Shown piece after piece: positions 60,430-64,000 of a stretch of 64,000 bases of DNA (its first letter is position 1; each line of letters opens with the position of its first letter). Where the stretch lies: positions 18,972 to 82,971 of the forward strand of contig NIVC01003684.1 of NCBI GenBank assembly GCA_002269645.1, written 5' to 3'. Under the pieces are notes generated by a model, which did not search any database, had not been told where the DNA came from, and was given only the letters and a program-made list of their open reading frames with translations. The stretch is from Macrostomum lignano. Taxonomy: Eukaryota. The translations under genes were made by a program, and so were the position numbers.

Positions 60430-60790
60430 TCTATTGCAGATCGATGGGGGTATTTATTGCTTATCCATTGCAGATCGGGGGGTATTTAATGCTTATCTAT
60501 TGCAGATCGGGGGTATTTAATGCTTATCTATTGCAGATCGTGGGTTATTTAATGCTTATCTATTGCAGATCGGGGGTATTTAATGCTTATCTATTGCAGA
60601 TCGTGGGTTATTTAATGCTTATCTATTGCAGATCGATGGGGTATTTATTGCTTATCTCTTGCATATCGATGGGGGTATTTATTGCTTATCTCTTGCAGAT
60701 CGATGGGGGTATTTATTGCTTATCTCTTGCATATCGATGGGGTATTTATTGCTCATCTCTTGCAGATCGATGGGGTATTTATTGGACTTT
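60430..60790. repeat. ~32-bp minisatellite (TATTGCAGATCGGGGGTATTTAATGCTTATC)n
   Basis: Visible directly. Confidence 0.9.
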
Positions 60791-61181
60791 TGTTGCAAGA
60801 AACTCAACCTTAAATTTGCTGTCTGATGAGTACTACTAATAGTAGTTCGCAGTTGGAGTTGGATTCTTATCGACAATTGATGTCAGAAATTTTTTATCGG
60901 AAAGGCAAAGGGCAGAACGGATTAAGTCGCTTTATTTGCACGGGTGCTGTTTGCAGTTGGGCGAGGCCGGGTTGCTGACTGCATGGTTTTGTGTGAGTTG
61001 CGCAAATTCGAATGGCGCATTGTTCTCAAGCCCAAAGCTCTGTTCAAATAGTTGCTACGGTGCAGCGATGTGACAAGCGGACAGATTTGGCCCCCGGGGT
61101 CTACAGCGAGGAATGCCTAAATTTTAGGCGTTCTCTTTCGGACTAACTGGGCTCCTATATGACAATAGTAACTAATGTTGC

Positions 61182-61960
<779 letters not shown>

Positions 61961-62852
61961 CTTTACACAAAAGTACAATTTTCAAGGTGAGCCGTGCCCC
62001 GTAAGCTCTCCAGACTCAATTGTGTCTCAGATTTCGTGTGAGCCGCACAAGCGAAGTGCCCATTATCATCAGCTCACGCGCCAGTTCAGAGCAGCATTTC
62101 AAGCACTCCAGACAGGCTTAGAAAGCCTTCCTGTGAGTCAATTTGGCTCTCAGCGCACTGTGCCTCGAGTAGAAAAGAACGATGAAGAAAAAGCAAGCTC
62201 TGATTGCGCACTTTATACGGTTAGTTATTTTTCTCCCCATGCCAACCGTAATTAGATTGCCCCCTAAGGCGAGCGGGGCCAGCAGATGGACAGGTTCGGT
62301 GCCAGCCACTCAGGACAGCTCACCGACTGCCACTTACTACAATATAGTAAATATGAGCTAATGCTCAGCTTGACGGGTGGCAAATTAAGGGACAGAGAAA
62401 GACCAAGAGTGCCTTCCCGTGGAGATGATAGTGCAGTACCTCAACTGAGAGCACAATGCAATCTCTTCTGCTCATTCCTTTCCTCTCTCATGCCTCTCCT
62501 TACCTGGTCTGCTTCTGCTTCCCCCGTCGGCGCCCCAAATTTCTATAGCAGCGCCAGAAGACATTCACTGTCGCCGTAACAGAGCAAAACTGTGCCAACT
62601 TTATGAAGGAATTTTCCTTATTGCTCACATGAAACTGCCTGAGTTCTGCAAAATCTTGTCTTCCTGCAAAAGCAGATTGGTCATAAGAAATTCCACTTGA
62701 AAAACCGGTTGGCTTAAAGGTTTCAAAACTCCAAGGTTTAAAATCACTTGGACTATCACCGGAAGTGACGTTGGTTGAAAATCACTTGGACAATCACCGG
62801 AAGTGACATTGGTTCAGGATCACCAGTACAATAACCAGAAATAGTACCGCAA

Positions 62853-63023
62853 ATGCAGGCAGGTGTACAGTCCAGAGCTCCGGTCGTGGTCAGCCTTCTG
62901 AGCTGGTTTTGCTGCCTTCTCGTGTCGGGCCAGCTGAGGACGGAGCAGCAGCAGGCGGCCCTCGACTTTCACAACGAACTGCGGGCATCGGTAGTGCCGA
63001 CTGCGGCTAATATGCGAATGCTG
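62853..63023 (+). CDS. Secreted CAP/SCP (cysteine-rich secretory / PI16-like) protein, exon 1
   Basis: Signal peptide followed by ALDFHNELRASVVPTAANMRML (CAP HNxxR...P.A.NM motif); CTG|GTGAGT donor. Confidence 0.85.
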
Positions 63024-63104
63024 GTGAGTCAGCATCTTCATCTGCTCATTGGCTTCTTTTATTTCGTAGAAGATAGCTCTAATAGAGAGTGGTTCAGCTG
63101 TATG

Positions 63105-63600
63105 GTAGAGAGAGAGGGTTCCGTTGTAAGAGAGAGGCTTCAGTTTAGGGTAGAGAGAGGGTTCCGCTGTAGGGTAGAGAGAGGGTTCCGCTGTAGGGTA
63201 GAGAGAGGGTTCCGTTGTAGGGTAGAGAGGGTTCCGCTGTAGGGTGGAGAGAGGGTTCCGCTGTAGGGTAGAGAGAGGGTTCCGCTGTAGGGTAGAGAGA
63301 GGGTTCCGCTGTAGGGTAGAGAGAGGGTTCCGCTGTAGGGTAGAGAGAGGGTTCCGCTGTAGGGTAGAGAGAGGGTTCCACTGTAGGGTAGAGAATGGGT
63401 TCCGCTGTAGGGTAGAGAATGGGCTCCGCTGTAGGGTAGAGAGAGGGTTCCGCTGTAGGGTAGAGAGAGGGTTCCGCTGTAAGAAAGAGGGTTCCGCTGT
63501 AAGAGAGAGGGTTCCGTTGTAGGGTAGAGAATGGGCTCCGCTGTAGGGTAGAAAGAGGGTTCCGCTGTAGGGTAGAGAAAGGGTTCCGCTGTAGAGTAGA
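63105..63600. repeat. 24-bp minisatellite (GGGTTCCGCTGTAGGGTAGAGAGA)n in the CAP gene intron
   Basis: Visible directly. Confidence 0.95.
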
Positions 63601-63677
63601 GAGAGGATTAGGCTATAAGAATAAAAAGTACTTTCGCTGTAAGCTGCTTCTCTAATCTGCGCCACGCTCCGCCCCAG

Positions 63678-63908
63678 GCGTGGTCCAGCCGTCTGGCAGC
63701 CTGGCGCAGGCCGCGGCAGACAAGTGCATCTTCGAGCACAACTACGGAGGCGACTACGCGGCCTGGGCGAGAATCTGTACATGGGCGGCCGGACATCAAA
63801 TCGGCGATCATGCTTTGGTACACCGAGGGCGAGAATTACAATTTCGCTACTGGCTCGTGCAGTCCCGGACGATATCCATCGTATACAACCTGTGGCCATT
63901 GGAGCCAG
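63678..63908 (+). CDS. CAP/SCP protein exon 2 (three -1 indels; gene continues beyond the window)
   Basis: CCCCAG|AWSSRL...AQAAADKCIFEHN...GLGENLY...WYTEGENYNF...C..CGHWSQ|GTAGGC. The motifs are split over three frames: pseudogene or assembly error. Confidence 0.75.
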
Positions 63909-64000
63909 GTAGGCAGCTTTGTACTCTTGTTGCTGCTAGAGACCATTTTATGCTCATTGTAAGACATCAAACTCAGATCGAAATCCAACACACTACCGGT

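Overview
Eukaryotic (metazoan) genomic DNA with GC-rich exons, AT-rich intergenic DNA and a minisatellite in almost every intron. The style suggests the flatworm Macrostomum lignano, but this is inference only. Five protein-coding loci were reconstructed by hand from splice sites and reading phase. (1) A small secreted SUEL/rhamnose-binding lectin (+, 3 exons, 10241-14513). (2) An 11-exon EFCAB5 ortholog (-, 32339-15464, ~1452 aa). (3) Head-to-head with it, a 9-exon DZANK1 ortholog (+, 34422-45342, ~807 aa, one probable GC-AG intron). (4) A completely intronless WDR17 ortholog (-, 56342-52302, 1346 aa). (5) The first two exons of a secreted CAP/SCP protein (+, from 62853), whose exon 2 has three -1 indels that restore the frame. 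Mobile DNA includes a decayed 5'-truncated LINE with RT and RNase H (~5570-8130), a TTAA-flanked fold-back element in lectin intron 1 (10431-12078), a tandem stack of Helitron/HINE-like repeats with TTAGGG tracts in EFCAB5 intron 3, tRNA-derived SINEs, and a pair of inward-facing hAT/Charlie-like ends bracketing the intronless WDR17. The top candidates for follow-up are that bracketed intronless WDR17 (possible captured or processed gene) and the clustering of three cilia-associated genes with RFX X-box-like motifs. No CRISPR, rRNA or intact tRNA genes are supported.
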